Shown piece by piece: positions 34,568 through 43,221 of a DNA stretch of 64,000 nucleotides (positions are counted from its first letter, which is position 1; each line of letters starts with the position of its first letter). The notes beneath the pieces were generated by a model. The model saw only the letters and a program-made list of their open reading frames with translations. It was not told the DNA's origin and did no database searches. The position numbers and the translations under genes are program-made. Origin of the DNA: Alphaproteobacteria bacterium (GTDB taxonomy: Bacteria; Pseudomonadota; Alphaproteobacteria; GCA-2731375); assembly GCA_965232515.1 (NCBI GenBank), contig CBDDPY010000002.1, positions 960,001 through 1,024,000 of the forward strand. Direction: 5' to 3'.

Positions 34568-35365
34568 TCAGTTTGTCGAGGTGTTCGACGCCAGCCGGCC
34601 TTCCGCCGGCAAACTGTCCGGCTGCCAGGGCAGGGCCCGGCGCAGGATGGCGTCGACCGCGAAATAGAGACCGACGGCGATGACGGCCAGCGTCAGCAGC
34701 GCCGCGAACAACAGATCGATCTGCATGCGGCCGTTGGCGTGCAGCATCAGATAGCCGAGGCCGGCGCTGGAGCCGACCCACTCGCCGACGACGGCGCCGA
34801 TCGGCGCCACGGCGGCCGCGACCCGCAGGCCGGACGCCAGCGCCGGCAGGGCGGCCGGAATGCGGACGTGCCGCAGCTCGGCCCAGCGGCCGCCGCCATG
34901 GCCGGCAGTCATTGTGCGCGCGAGGTCGAGCCAGCCCGGCTCGGTGCGGCGCAGCCCGTCCAGCAGGCTCGCGGTGACGGGGAAGAAGATGATGATCGCC
35001 GCCATCGTCACCTTGGAGGCGATGCCGTAGCCCAGCCACAACACCAAGAGCGGCGCCAGCGCAAAGAACGGGATCGAGGGCGCGATCACCAGCACCGGAA
35101 ACAGCCAACGGCGCACACTGTTGTGATAGCCGATCAGCACCGCGCTCACGGCGCCGAGGCCGCTGCCCAGCGCGAAGCCGAGCAGGATCTCGATCAGCGT
35201 GATGCCGGCATGCCGGGCGATGAGATCGGCGCGCGTGATCCAGGTTTCCAGCACGACCAGCGGCCCCGGCAGGATGTAGTGCGGCAGTTCATTCAGGCTG
35301 ACGACGACCTGCCAGACCAGCAGCAATCCGGCGACCGTGACGGCGATGCGGATCAACCCGCTCAC
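34568..35365 (-). CDS. thiX: ABC transporter permease
   Basis: YILPGP, APLLVLWLGYG, GAVVGEWVGSSAGLG. Confidence 0.85.
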   Translation of the reverse strand: MSGLIRIAVTVAGLLLVWQVVVSLNELPHYILPGPLVVLETWITRADLIARHAGITLIEILLGFALGSGLGAVSAVLIGYHNSVRRWLFPVLVIAPSIPFFALAPLLVLWLGYGIASKVTMAAIIIFFPVTASLLDGLRRTEPGWLDLARTMTAGHGGGRWAELRHVRIPAALPALASGLRVAAAVAPIGAVVGEWVGSSAGLGYLMLHANGRMQIDLLFAALLTLAVIAVGLYFAVDAILRRALPWQPDSLPAEGRLASNTSTN

Positions 35366-36132
35366 GGCGCCGTCGCCCCGCCGCCGAGCCGGTGCAGCAA
35401 TTCGGCATAGCGTTCGTGCAGGGTCATGTCGGTGGCGTCGCGCGGCGGCGGTCCGGCCGGCCTTAGCGGCGTGTGCAGCACGGCCGGCGCGCCGCTCAGC
35501 ACGTGAATGCCGTGTCCGACGCGCAGCGCCTCCAGCGGATCGTGCGTCACCAGCAACACCGTGCGGTCGGCCAGCAGCTCGGCCGCCAGATCCTGCAACT
35601 TCAGCCGGGTCAGCGCGTCGAGCGACGAGAACGGCTCGTCCATCAGCACGACGGGCCGGTCTTCCATCAACGTACGGGCCAGCGCCGCCCGCTGACGCAT
35701 GCCGCCCGACAGCACCTGCGGCCGGTCGGCGGCACGGTCGGCGAGGCCGACATGTTCCAGCAAGGCAAGCGCCCGATCGCGATCCGGCGCCTCGCCGCGC
35801 AAACGGCTGCCCAGCAGCACGTTGTCGACGACGGTGAGCCAGGGATACAGCAGATCGCGCTGATCCATGTAGGCAATGCGGCCGTCCAGCGGCGCGCCAT
35901 CGCTCGCCGCCAGCGCGGTTGCCGTCGCGGTCGGCGCCAGGCCGGCGATCAGCCGCAGCAGGCTGCTCTTGCCGACCCCGGACGGACCCAGCAGGCAGGT
36001 GATTTCGCCGGCCGGCAGATCGAGATCGAGATCGCGAAAGACGTTGCGCCCGTCATAGTCGAGCGACGCGCCGCGCAGCGTCAGCCCAACACCGGACGCC
36101 CAACCATAATCTTCTTGTGTGATGGCAACCAT
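35362..36132 (-). CDS. thiZ: ABC transporter ATP-binding protein
   Basis: GPSGVGKS, LSGGMRQR, LMDEPF, VTHD. Confidence 0.88.
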   Translation of the reverse strand: MVAITQEDYGWASGVGLTLRGASLDYDGRNVFRDLDLDLPAGEITCLLGPSGVGKSSLLRLIAGLAPTATATALAASDGAPLDGRIAYMDQRDLLYPWLTVVDNVLLGSRLRGEAPDRDRALALLEHVGLADRAADRPQVLSGGMRQRAALARTLMEDRPVVLMDEPFSSLDALTRLKLQDLAAELLADRTVLLVTHDPLEALRVGHGIHVLSGAPAVLHTPLRPAGPPPRDATDMTLHERYAELLHRLGGGATAP

Positions 36133-36136
36133 GACG

Positions 36137-36227
36137 CACTCGTCCCTACGCCGGCATGAACCGGATCAGGTTCGAGGGGTCGTTCCGCCTACCGGAACCT
36201 CTCAGCCCAACGGGGCTCCCCCCAGTG
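36137..36227 (-). ncRNA. TPP riboswitch (THI element)
   Basis: Minus strand reads CACTGGGGGGAGCCC...GGGCTGAGA...GACCCCTCGAACCTGATCCGGTTCATGCCGGCGTAGGGACGAGTG directly upstream of the transporter. Confidence 0.95.
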
Positions 36228-36421
36228 ACGCTATGAATATATGCGCTGGGAAAACCGTTGCCTAGGGCGCGTTCGCATTAATTGTCACGGCCGTCCGCGC
36301 ACCACCAGATCCGCTTTCGGCGTTTTTCTTGATGTCGCGGGTGCCGCTCGGACGGTCGGCGAATAGTCACAAACGGCCATTCGTGGTGACGGAAGTCGGT
36401 CGATGAACGATAATCGGGCAC

Positions 36422-37051
36422 ATGAACGATGGCTGCTGCCAAGGACATGTTGACATAGCGGCCTTGGAGACGCGACAGCGTCGCGTTTTGACTTATGTGC
36501 TGGTGATCAATGTCGGCGCCTTCTCAATGATGGTGGCCGGCGCGGCGCACAGTGGTTCTTCAGCGTTGCTTTCGGGCGCCTTGGACAATCTCGGCGACGC
36601 GCTGACCTATGCACTGAGCCTGGCCGTCGTCGGCGCCGGTTCCGCGGCCAAGGCACGGGTCGCCTTATTCAAGGGTTTATTGATCCTCGGCGCCGCCGTC
36701 GCCGTGGCTGTTCAGATCGGTTGGCACTTACTCCACCTTGAAACGCCGATCTTTGAAACGATGAGTATCGTTGCGCTCCTCAATCTGGCAGCCAACTTGC
36801 TGTGTCTGCGATTGTTGTATCCCTACCGCAATGGCGACGTGAATATGACGTCGGTCTGGGAGTGCTCGCGCAACGATGTCATCGAAGGGCTTGCCGTGAT
36901 CGCGGCGGCGCTTGCGGTGTGGCTGTTTGATTCCGGATGGCCCGATGTTTTGATCGCAATCGCTTTGCTGATCCTGTTCTTACGCTCTGCTGCCCGTGTT
37001 CTGGGAAGCGCATGGCGAGAGCTCGATACAGCGCCTTCATCGAGCGCATGA
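36422..37051 (+). CDS. Cation diffusion facilitator (Co/Zn/Cd efflux), short form without cytoplasmic C-terminal domain
   Basis: N-terminal GCC, SSALLSGALDNLGDA, WECSRND, GWPD. Confidence 0.85.
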   Translation: MNDGCCQGHVDIAALETRQRRVLTYVLVINVGAFSMMVAGAAHSGSSALLSGALDNLGDALTYALSLAVVGAGSAAKARVALFKGLLILGAAVAVAVQIGWHLLHLETPIFETMSIVALLNLAANLLCLRLLYPYRNGDVNMTSVWECSRNDVIEGLAVIAAALAVWLFDSGWPDVLIAIALLILFLRSAARVLGSAWRELDTAPSSSA

Positions 37052-37077
37052 TGCGCGCTGGCGTCGATCAGGCCGGT

Positions 37078-37105
37078 GACGCTGACGCCGGCCGGCGTCA
37101 GCGTC
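37078..37105. repeat. Perfect 28-bp palindrome GACGCTGACGCCGGCCGGCGTCAGCGTC
   Basis: Equals its own reverse complement; lies between the convergent CDF and metallothionein genes. Confidence 0.85.
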
Positions 37106-37115
37106 TCTGCGAAGG

Positions 37116-37152
37116 GGGCGGAGCCGGGCTCTTTAACGCCGGGGCTCCGCCC
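37116..37152. terminator. GC-rich hairpin downstream of the metallothionein gene
   Basis: GGGCGGAGCC (37116-37125) pairs with GGCTCCGCCC (37143-37152). Confidence 0.55.
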
Positions 37153-37164
37153 GTCACATCTGCC

Positions 37165-37332
37165 CTAACCGTGGCAGGCGCAGCCGGCATGTTCGCAGCC
37201 AGCGCCCTTCGGGTGCCCGTCGGCGCAGGCTTCGCTGCAATAGTTGCGCTCGCTCTTCTTCACGGCGTTGTTCACGTCGACGATACAAACACAATCTGCG
37301 CAGGCACATTTTTGCTGGGTCACGTTCACCAT
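37165..37332 (-). CDS. smtA: Bacterial metallothionein (SmtA/BmtA family), 55 aa
   Basis: Not in ORF track. Manual translation MVNVTQQKCACADCVCIVDVNNAVKKSERNYCSEACADGHPKGAGCEHAGCACHG* has the KCAC..C.C, YCSEACADGH and GC.H.GC.CHG motifs of cyanobacterial SmtA. GGAG RBS and TAATG overlap with the ArsR gene. Confidence 0.95.
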   Translation of the reverse strand: MVNVTQQKCACADCVCIVDVNNAVKKSERNYCSEACADGHPKGAGCEHAGCACHG

Positions 37333-37670
37333 TAGTCGTCTCCTTGGTGTGGCTCATCGGAACCGCCATGTTCGTGGATGAACAGGTGGTCGATCATGAT
37401 CTTGAGAACGTCGCGCACGCAGGCATCGGCCATCGAATAGAACACCTGCTTGCCCCGTCGTTCCCCCCGCAGCATGCGCGCGGCACGCAACAGCCGAAGG
37501 TGGTGACTGACCAGGGAAGCAGAGAGTCCCAGTTCGTCGGCTATTTCGCCGGCGGGGATCTCGCGCTCCATGCAGACCACCACAATCGACAGGCGGGTCG
37601 GATCCGCCAGCAACCCGAACGTTTCGGCGAGTTGGGCTGTCTGGTCTGGCTGCAATCCGTGATTCTGCAT
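37332..37670 (-). CDS. ArsR/SmtB family metal-sensing repressor
   Basis: LADPTRLSI, SASLVSHHLRLLR, RRGKQVFY, alpha5-like DAC-x10-H plus His-rich tail. Confidence 0.93.
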   Translation of the reverse strand: MQNHGLQPDQTAQLAETFGLLADPTRLSIVVVCMEREIPAGEIADELGLSASLVSHHLRLLRAARMLRGERRGKQVFYSMADACVRDVLKIMIDHLFIHEHGGSDEPHQGDD

Positions 37671-37675
37671 AAATA

Positions 37676-37706
37676 TACAATTAAACCATTATTCAAGTGT
37701 TGACAA
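37676..37706 (-). promoter_or_regulatory. SmtB-type operator overlapping a probable leaderless promoter
   Basis: Minus strand TTGTCAACACTTGAATAATGGTTTAATTGTA has a TGAA-N6-TTTA core resembling the TGAA-N6-TTCA smt operator, a few bases before the ATG. Confidence 0.6.
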
Positions 37707-37915
37707 GCAAAATTTCGGCATGAGCCGCCTTTCTGGGTCCCGGCTGAACGTTGAGAAGGGGTCAGACACAGCTGTCAGGGCAGGGCATGCCCGTGTCGGT
37801 TCCAGGATTACCCCGCCTGATCGAACGGCTGGTTGGTCATCCGCGCCATTCCCCCAAAAAAGGCATCGAGCAGGCGATCCATCATCGGCGGAAAATGAAG
37901 TGAATTGGGCGCCGA

Positions 37916-40900
37916 CTACTTGCAGGCGACCGGGCGTTCGCCTTCGCCGAGATACTGGCGGTGGCGCACCGTGTCGAACGAGGCGCCGCCGATGGCGCAG
38001 GCGCGGGCGATATCGAGGCCGTCCCAGATCTTGACCCAGCCGTCGTCGCCGGCGGTGGCGAAGCGTTCGCCGTCGGGATGCACGGCGATGCGCCAGCTGG
38101 GCCCCGCGTGCCCCCACTGCGATTTGGTCAGACGGCGGCCGGAGCGCACGTCCCAGATATGCAAGCTGCCGCCACGGTCGACCGCGACCAGCGTCACGCC
38201 GTCGGCGAGGTACGCCAGGTCGGTGGCGCCGCCGGTTTGCCCGGTGAAGGCCGCGAGGCGGGCGCCCGTCTCGACATCGAAGAGCGCGACCACTTCGTCG
38301 CTCGAACCCGTCGCCAGATACCGCGCATCGGGACTGAAGGTCGCGCTCCAGACGACATCGTCGGCGGCCGCAATTTCACTTCGGCGCTGCATCGTGGCGA
38401 CGTCCCACAGCGCGACCCGACCGTCCGTGCGGGCAACGGCGGCGAGCGTCGTGTCCGGCGACAGAACCGCGCGGGTGATCCGGCCATCGGTCGGCGTCAG
38501 CTCGCCGGACTGCTCACCCGTATCCGTGTCCCAAAATCTGATCTGGCCATCGCTCGCGCTCATCAGCCGTTGGCCATCGGCGGTAAACGCCAACGACCAG
38601 ATGGCGCCGTCGTGACCGGCGATGCGGCGCACGGCGGCACCGGTAACCGGATTCCATAAGCGGATCTCGCCGGCCCGGTCGGCGGTCGCCAGCATCCCGC
38701 CATCCGGCGCGAACGCGACAGCCCAGACCTGGTGCTTATGACCCCGAAGCACCGTCGGCGATCCGCTTTCGTCGTTCAATCGCCAGACCTGCACCGCGCC
38801 GGTATCGTCGCCGGCGGCCAACCATGCGCCGTCACCGCTGAACGCCACCCCCTTCGCCGATTTGCCCGATACGTTCAAGGCCGTCGCCAGATCGTGCCGA
38901 CTGTTGAGATGCCAGATCCTGATCAACTGATCCCGACCCAACGTCGCCAGCAGCTTGCCGTCGCGGCTCGCGCCGAGATCCGCGATGGCCCGGCTGTGCG
39001 CGCTGGCCGTCGCGGCCACTGACTTGGCCGCTTCGATATCCCAAAGCCGCAGCGATCCGTCGTCGTTGCCGCCGATCAACACGCCGCCGTCGGGCGAGAA
39101 CGCCACGGCGGCGATCCTGTCGTCCGGGTCGAACGCCTTGCCGGCGACCCGGCCGCTCGGATACGCGATCACGGTCGACGTGCCGTCGCTGCTCGCCGTG
39201 GCGACATATGTGCCGGCCGGGTTGAAGGCGAGCTGCAACAGCTTGCTCGAATGGGCATCGCGGACCGGCTCGAAGAGCGGCTTGCCTGACGGCAGCTGCC
39301 AGCCATGAATGCTGCCGTCTTTGCCACCGGCGACCAGGCCGCGGCCGTCCGGGCTGAAGGCCACGCTCTGAAAGCCGTTCGGTCCCAGGACCAGCGGTTC
39401 GCCATTCTGCTCGACCTGTCCCGGTCGCCACAGCCGCACCGAGCCATCACTATTGGCGGACGCAATGGCCGCGCCGTCCGGACCGAAGCTGACGCCGGAA
39501 ATCATGTCGTCGACCTCGCCGATCTTGCGGCCCTGGCCGCCAAGACCGTCCTCGACCGGCCAGAGCCAGACCGTGCCGTCGACGCCGACCGAGGCCAGCG
39601 CCCGTCCGTCGGACCTGAAGTCGAGATCCCGCACGCCGCCGTCATGGCCGCGCAGGCTTGGACCCGTCGGTTGCCGGGTGCTGCGGTCGATAATCACGAT
39701 GCTGCCGTCCCGCTGGCCGACCGCCAGCAGGCCGCCGTCGGGACTGACGGCGAGCGTCTGAGCGTCGCCGGCCGCGATCGGACTGCCGACCGGCACGGGA
39801 CCGCCATCGGCCAGCGCCTCGCGGGCCGCCAGCATGGCCGCGCGGGCGTCGAATCCCGGCGGCTCCGCCTCGGCCCGCGCAACCGCCTCGGCGCCCAGCA
39901 CCAGCGCCAGCAGCGGGTCCGACGCCACCAGGCCATGCGCCGCCGCGCCCAGCGCGCCGGCGAAACGCTCGTGCGCCTCGACCGTCGCCTGTTCCGCCAG
40001 TTCTTCGTTCAGGCGCGCCTCCCTGAGCGCCAGGAACGCGACCAGCGAGGCCGCGGTCGCGCCGGCCGCCAGGATCGACAGGACCGAGACAGCGGCGCGG
40101 CGCACGCGCCGGCTGCGGCGCTCACGCTCCACGGCCACGGCTTCCGCCCGCGCCTTGGTCTCCGCCGATGCGTTCAGGAACGCGCGCGCCGTTTCGCCCA
40201 GCTGGTCGGGATTGGAAGACGCCCAATCCAGCGCCGACAGCAGCGGGGTGCCGCGATAAAGCAGATCCGCATCCCGGTCCTCGGCGTCCCATTCGGTTGC
40301 CGCCCGGCTGATGCGCTGGCGCATGCGCAGATCGTCGCGCGATTCCTCGATCCAGGAACGCAGCCGCGGCCAGGTTCTGAGCAAGGCTTCATGGGCGATC
40401 TGTACCGAGGCGTCGTCCACCGTCAGCAATCGGGCCTCGGTCAGGCTCTCGACCACCCGGTTCATGACATCAGCCTGGGAGTCGTTGTCGATCTCGGTCC
40501 GCGCCAGCACGCGGCGCGTGTCCGGGGTGCCTTCGCCCGGCGTCACCAGGCGCAGGAACAGACGCTTGGTCACGGCCCGCTCGGTGGCATCGAAGCGGTC
40601 CTCGAACATGGCGTCCGCGGTCTGGCTGATGGCGCCCGCGACGCCGCCCGCGGCCCGGAAGCCCGCCAGCGTCAGATTGTTGCCCTCCCGCCGCGACCAG
40701 GTCTCGACCAGCGCGTGCGCCACCAGGGGCAGGGAACCTGCCTCGCTGCCGGCCTCGTCGATGATGGCGTCGACCAGGCCGCGTTCCAGATAGAGGCCCG
40801 CGGGCCGCGCCGGCTCGCTGACGGCGCGCCTCAGCTCCGGACCGGTCATCGGGCCGACCAGAACCTGGTTGTCGGTGATACGCTCGGCCAGCCACGGTAT

Positions 40901-42352
40901 CTGCGCGCAGGCCGCGTAGAAGTCGGCGCGCACGGTCAAGACCACCCGCACCGTGCTGTCGGCCGGATCGGTCATGGCCGACAGCGCGTCGGCAAACTTT
41001 CGCCGCTGTACGGCGGGCGCCAGCGTGAACAGCTCCTCGAACTGGTCGATGCACAGCACCAGCGGCCGATCGGCGGCGCGGCCGCCGTCCAGGTGGCGCG
41101 CCATGGTCGGCCGCGCGATCAGGTCGTCGAGCGACAGCGTCCGGCCTTCGCCGGCGGGCATGTCCTGGGTTGCCTGAAAATAGAGCTCGGCCATGGGATC
41201 GCGGCCCGGCGTGAACAGCGCGATCCGCCAGTTCTCGCTGCCGGGCAGGGCGCCCGCGCGCAATGCCGGTATCAACCCGGCGCGCACCAGCGAGGACTTG
41301 CCGCTGCCTGACGGCCCGCCGACCACCAGCACCTTGTGCAGCCGCATGCGCCGCACCAGCTCGTCGATCAGCGCCTCGCGTCCGAAGAAGAAATGCGCGT
41401 CCTCCGGCTGGTAGGCCGCCAACCCCTTGTAGGGACAGCGCGCCGCCGCCTGGACCGCCACCGTCGGCAGGCAGCCGAGCGTTTCCGCCGATTCCCGCGC
41501 CAGCGTTTCGTGAATGGCCGCGCGCCAGTCCTCCATGTCGCGGAAGCGCTCGTCGGGATCGAGCGCCATGCCCCGACCGATCAGATCGCGCCAAGCCGCC
41601 GGCAGGCTGTCCAGACGGCCCATCACGTCGCGCGGTCCCGGCGGCCGGTCGCCGGTCAGCACGTGCCACAGCATCGCCGTCGCGGCATAGACGTCGGCGG
41701 CCGGCGTGATCTCCGCCGTGGCGTCGTCCTGCTCCGGCGCCTGATAGAGCGGCGTGCCGGCCATGATCGTGATGTCGCCGGCGCGTTTCACCAGATCCTT
41801 GGCGATCCCGAGATCGCCGACCAGGATCCGTTCATCGGCGGCGACCAACGGCGATGACGGCTCGCTCACCCGCGCGCCGTTCGTCGCCACGCGCGTCGGC
41901 GCCCGGCGGGCGCGCTGGAACAGGATGTTCGCCGGCTTGATGTCGCGATGCACGACGCCGGCCTCGTGGATCGCCGACAGGCCATCGGCGACCGCATCGA
42001 CCAGCGCCATCACGCTCTGCTCGTCCGGCGGCTGGAAGTCGGGCCCAGGCTTCAGGCGGGCGGCGAGCGTGCCGCGATCGGCATAGTCCATCACGAAGTA
42101 CGGACGGCCATCGTTCAGCCGCCCGACATCGTGCACGGTGACGACATTGGGGGAATGCATGCGGCGAAGCAGCCGCGCCTCCTCCAGGAAGCGCAGCTGC
42201 AACGCGGCATCATCCGCCAGCTCTTGGCGCAGGATCTTCAGTGCGACGAAGGATTCCAGATCCTCGTCCCAAGCCCGCACGACCACGGCGAAGCCGCCGC
42301 TCGCGATCTCGTCGCGAACGGCAAAACGACCGACATAGGCCGGCAGATGCAT
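37916..42352 (-). CDS. Ser/Thr protein kinase - STAND (nSTAND1-like) NTPase - TM - WD40 repeat protein, 1478 aa
   Basis: Kinase: GGFAVV, VALK, HRDIKPANIL, DLG, GTPLYQAPE. NTPase: CPYKGL..Y, FFGRE, GPSGSGKSS, IDQFEELF, RADFY, LPL, HEALL..WPRL. Hydrophobic helix after RRVRR, then many AFSPDG...WD repeats. Confidence 0.92.
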   Translation of the reverse strand: MHLPAYVGRFAVRDEIASGGFAVVVRAWDEDLESFVALKILRQELADDAALQLRFLEEARLLRRMHSPNVVTVHDVGRLNDGRPYFVMDYADRGTLAARLKPGPDFQPPDEQSVMALVDAVADGLSAIHEAGVVHRDIKPANILFQRARRAPTRVATNGARVSEPSSPLVAADERILVGDLGIAKDLVKRAGDITIMAGTPLYQAPEQDDATAEITPAADVYAATAMLWHVLTGDRPPGPRDVMGRLDSLPAAWRDLIGRGMALDPDERFRDMEDWRAAIHETLARESAETLGCLPTVAVQAAARCPYKGLAAYQPEDAHFFFGREALIDELVRRMRLHKVLVVGGPSGSGKSSLVRAGLIPALRAGALPGSENWRIALFTPGRDPMAELYFQATQDMPAGEGRTLSLDDLIARPTMARHLDGGRAADRPLVLCIDQFEELFTLAPAVQRRKFADALSAMTDPADSTVRVVLTVRADFYAACAQIPWLAERITDNQVLVGPMTGPELRRAVSEPARPAGLYLERGLVDAIIDEAGSEAGSLPLVAHALVETWSRREGNNLTLAGFRAAGGVAGAISQTADAMFEDRFDATERAVTKRLFLRLVTPGEGTPDTRRVLARTEIDNDSQADVMNRVVESLTEARLLTVDDASVQIAHEALLRTWPRLRSWIEESRDDLRMRQRISRAATEWDAEDRDADLLYRGTPLLSALDWASSNPDQLGETARAFLNASAETKARAEAVAVERERRSRRVRRAAVSVLSILAAGATAASLVAFLALREARLNEELAEQATVEAHERFAGALGAAAHGLVASDPLLALVLGAEAVARAEAEPPGFDARAAMLAAREALADGGPVPVGSPIAAGDAQTLAVSPDGGLLAVGQRDGSIVIIDRSTRQPTGPSLRGHDGGVRDLDFRSDGRALASVGVDGTVWLWPVEDGLGGQGRKIGEVDDMISGVSFGPDGAAIASANSDGSVRLWRPGQVEQNGEPLVLGPNGFQSVAFSPDGRGLVAGGKDGSIHGWQLPSGKPLFEPVRDAHSSKLLQLAFNPAGTYVATASSDGTSTVIAYPSGRVAGKAFDPDDRIAAVAFSPDGGVLIGGNDDGSLRLWDIEAAKSVAATASAHSRAIADLGASRDGKLLATLGRDQLIRIWHLNSRHDLATALNVSGKSAKGVAFSGDGAWLAAGDDTGAVQVWRLNDESGSPTVLRGHKHQVWAVAFAPDGGMLATADRAGEIRLWNPVTGAAVRRIAGHDGAIWSLAFTADGQRLMSASDGQIRFWDTDTGEQSGELTPTDGRITRAVLSPDTTLAAVARTDGRVALWDVATMQRRSEIAAADDVVWSATFSPDARYLATGSSDEVVALFDVETGARLAAFTGQTGGATDLAYLADGVTLVAVDRGGSLHIWDVRSGRRLTKSQWGHAGPSWRIAVHPDGERFATAGDDGWVKIWDGLDIARACAIGGASFDTVRHRQYLGEGERPVACK

Positions 42353-42367
42353 GATCCCGGCAGTGCG

Positions 42368-42847
42368 TTAGAGCTTGTCGCTAACGTCGACGCAGTGAAA
42401 GGCGTTCACGTCGATGATGTTATGGTTGCGGTCCGACGTACTGACGCATAACGACTTCGCGCCGTTGCGGGCGCCGGTCGATGCCGGTCCCTGCGTCGTG
42501 TAGGTCGGATAGTCGTCGGTCAGGTGCCAGGCGCCCTGCTTGACGTTGTGCACCGGCTCGGCGTTGCGGCTGACCTGCTTCACCGTGAACGACTCGCCCC
42601 ACCAGATATGGATGTGGTTTTTCGACAAATCGGGCGCGAAGTTCGCCTTGAAGGTCAGCTTCAGCTCGTTGCCGGCGCGTTCCACCTCGACGATCTGCAC
42701 CTCGCAGCCGTCGACGGGGCAAGCGTTCGGCATCGTCGCCTGGGCATGCGACAGCGCGATACCGGCGCAAAAAGCAAACAAACCGACGACGACCGCACCG
42801 ATGCGGCGGACGGTTCGGGACTCAACAATGGTGTTGGTTGGTTTCAT
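42368..42847 (-). CDS. Secreted hypothetical protein with four Cys and an HxH motif
   Basis: RR + hydrophobic stretch + AQA signal peptide; CPVDGC, NHIHIWW, LCV..SD.NH, HCV. Ends 15 bp upstream of the kinase gene. Start 42847 or 42880. Confidence 0.75.
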   Translation of the reverse strand: MKPTNTIVESRTVRRIGAVVVGLFAFCAGIALSHAQATMPNACPVDGCEVQIVEVERAGNELKLTFKANFAPDLSKNHIHIWWGESFTVKQVSRNAEPVHNVKQGAWHLTDDYPTYTTQGPASTGARNGAKSLCVSTSDRNHNIIDVNAFHCVDVSDKL

Positions 42848-43221
42848 CGGACATATCCCTCTCTGAAACGCGATAGACACTTTCAGCCTCTGTCGCTCGC
42901 AGGTTTTCGGCGGTTACCTGCCAAATCCTTGGCGTACACAAAGACGAACGTCTGTCATTCAGGAGGGCTGAGCGATCGAACGTACCGCTCAACGCGCCCA
43001 CGTCTTTGCTAATTCTCGCGGACTTCTCCGGTCATTGCAAGTGACCAGAATAGAACAGCGCAGATGTGTGACAAGAGAACCAGCACACACCCAGTTCGTT
43101 TGTTTTGTAGTATCATTGACGTTCGGCGGTCCGATATGGGCATCCGGATCGGCCGATTTCTGTGAGGGACAATTTGACTGGCCGAACACGTGCGCCGGAA
43201 CCCGCTCGCCGGATCTGAGAA

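Noticed and set aside
36262-36284. CTAGGGCGCGTTCGCATTAATTG as an IS/MITE end at the edge of the metal module
   Set aside because: I found no matching inverted end, target duplication or transposase in the window.
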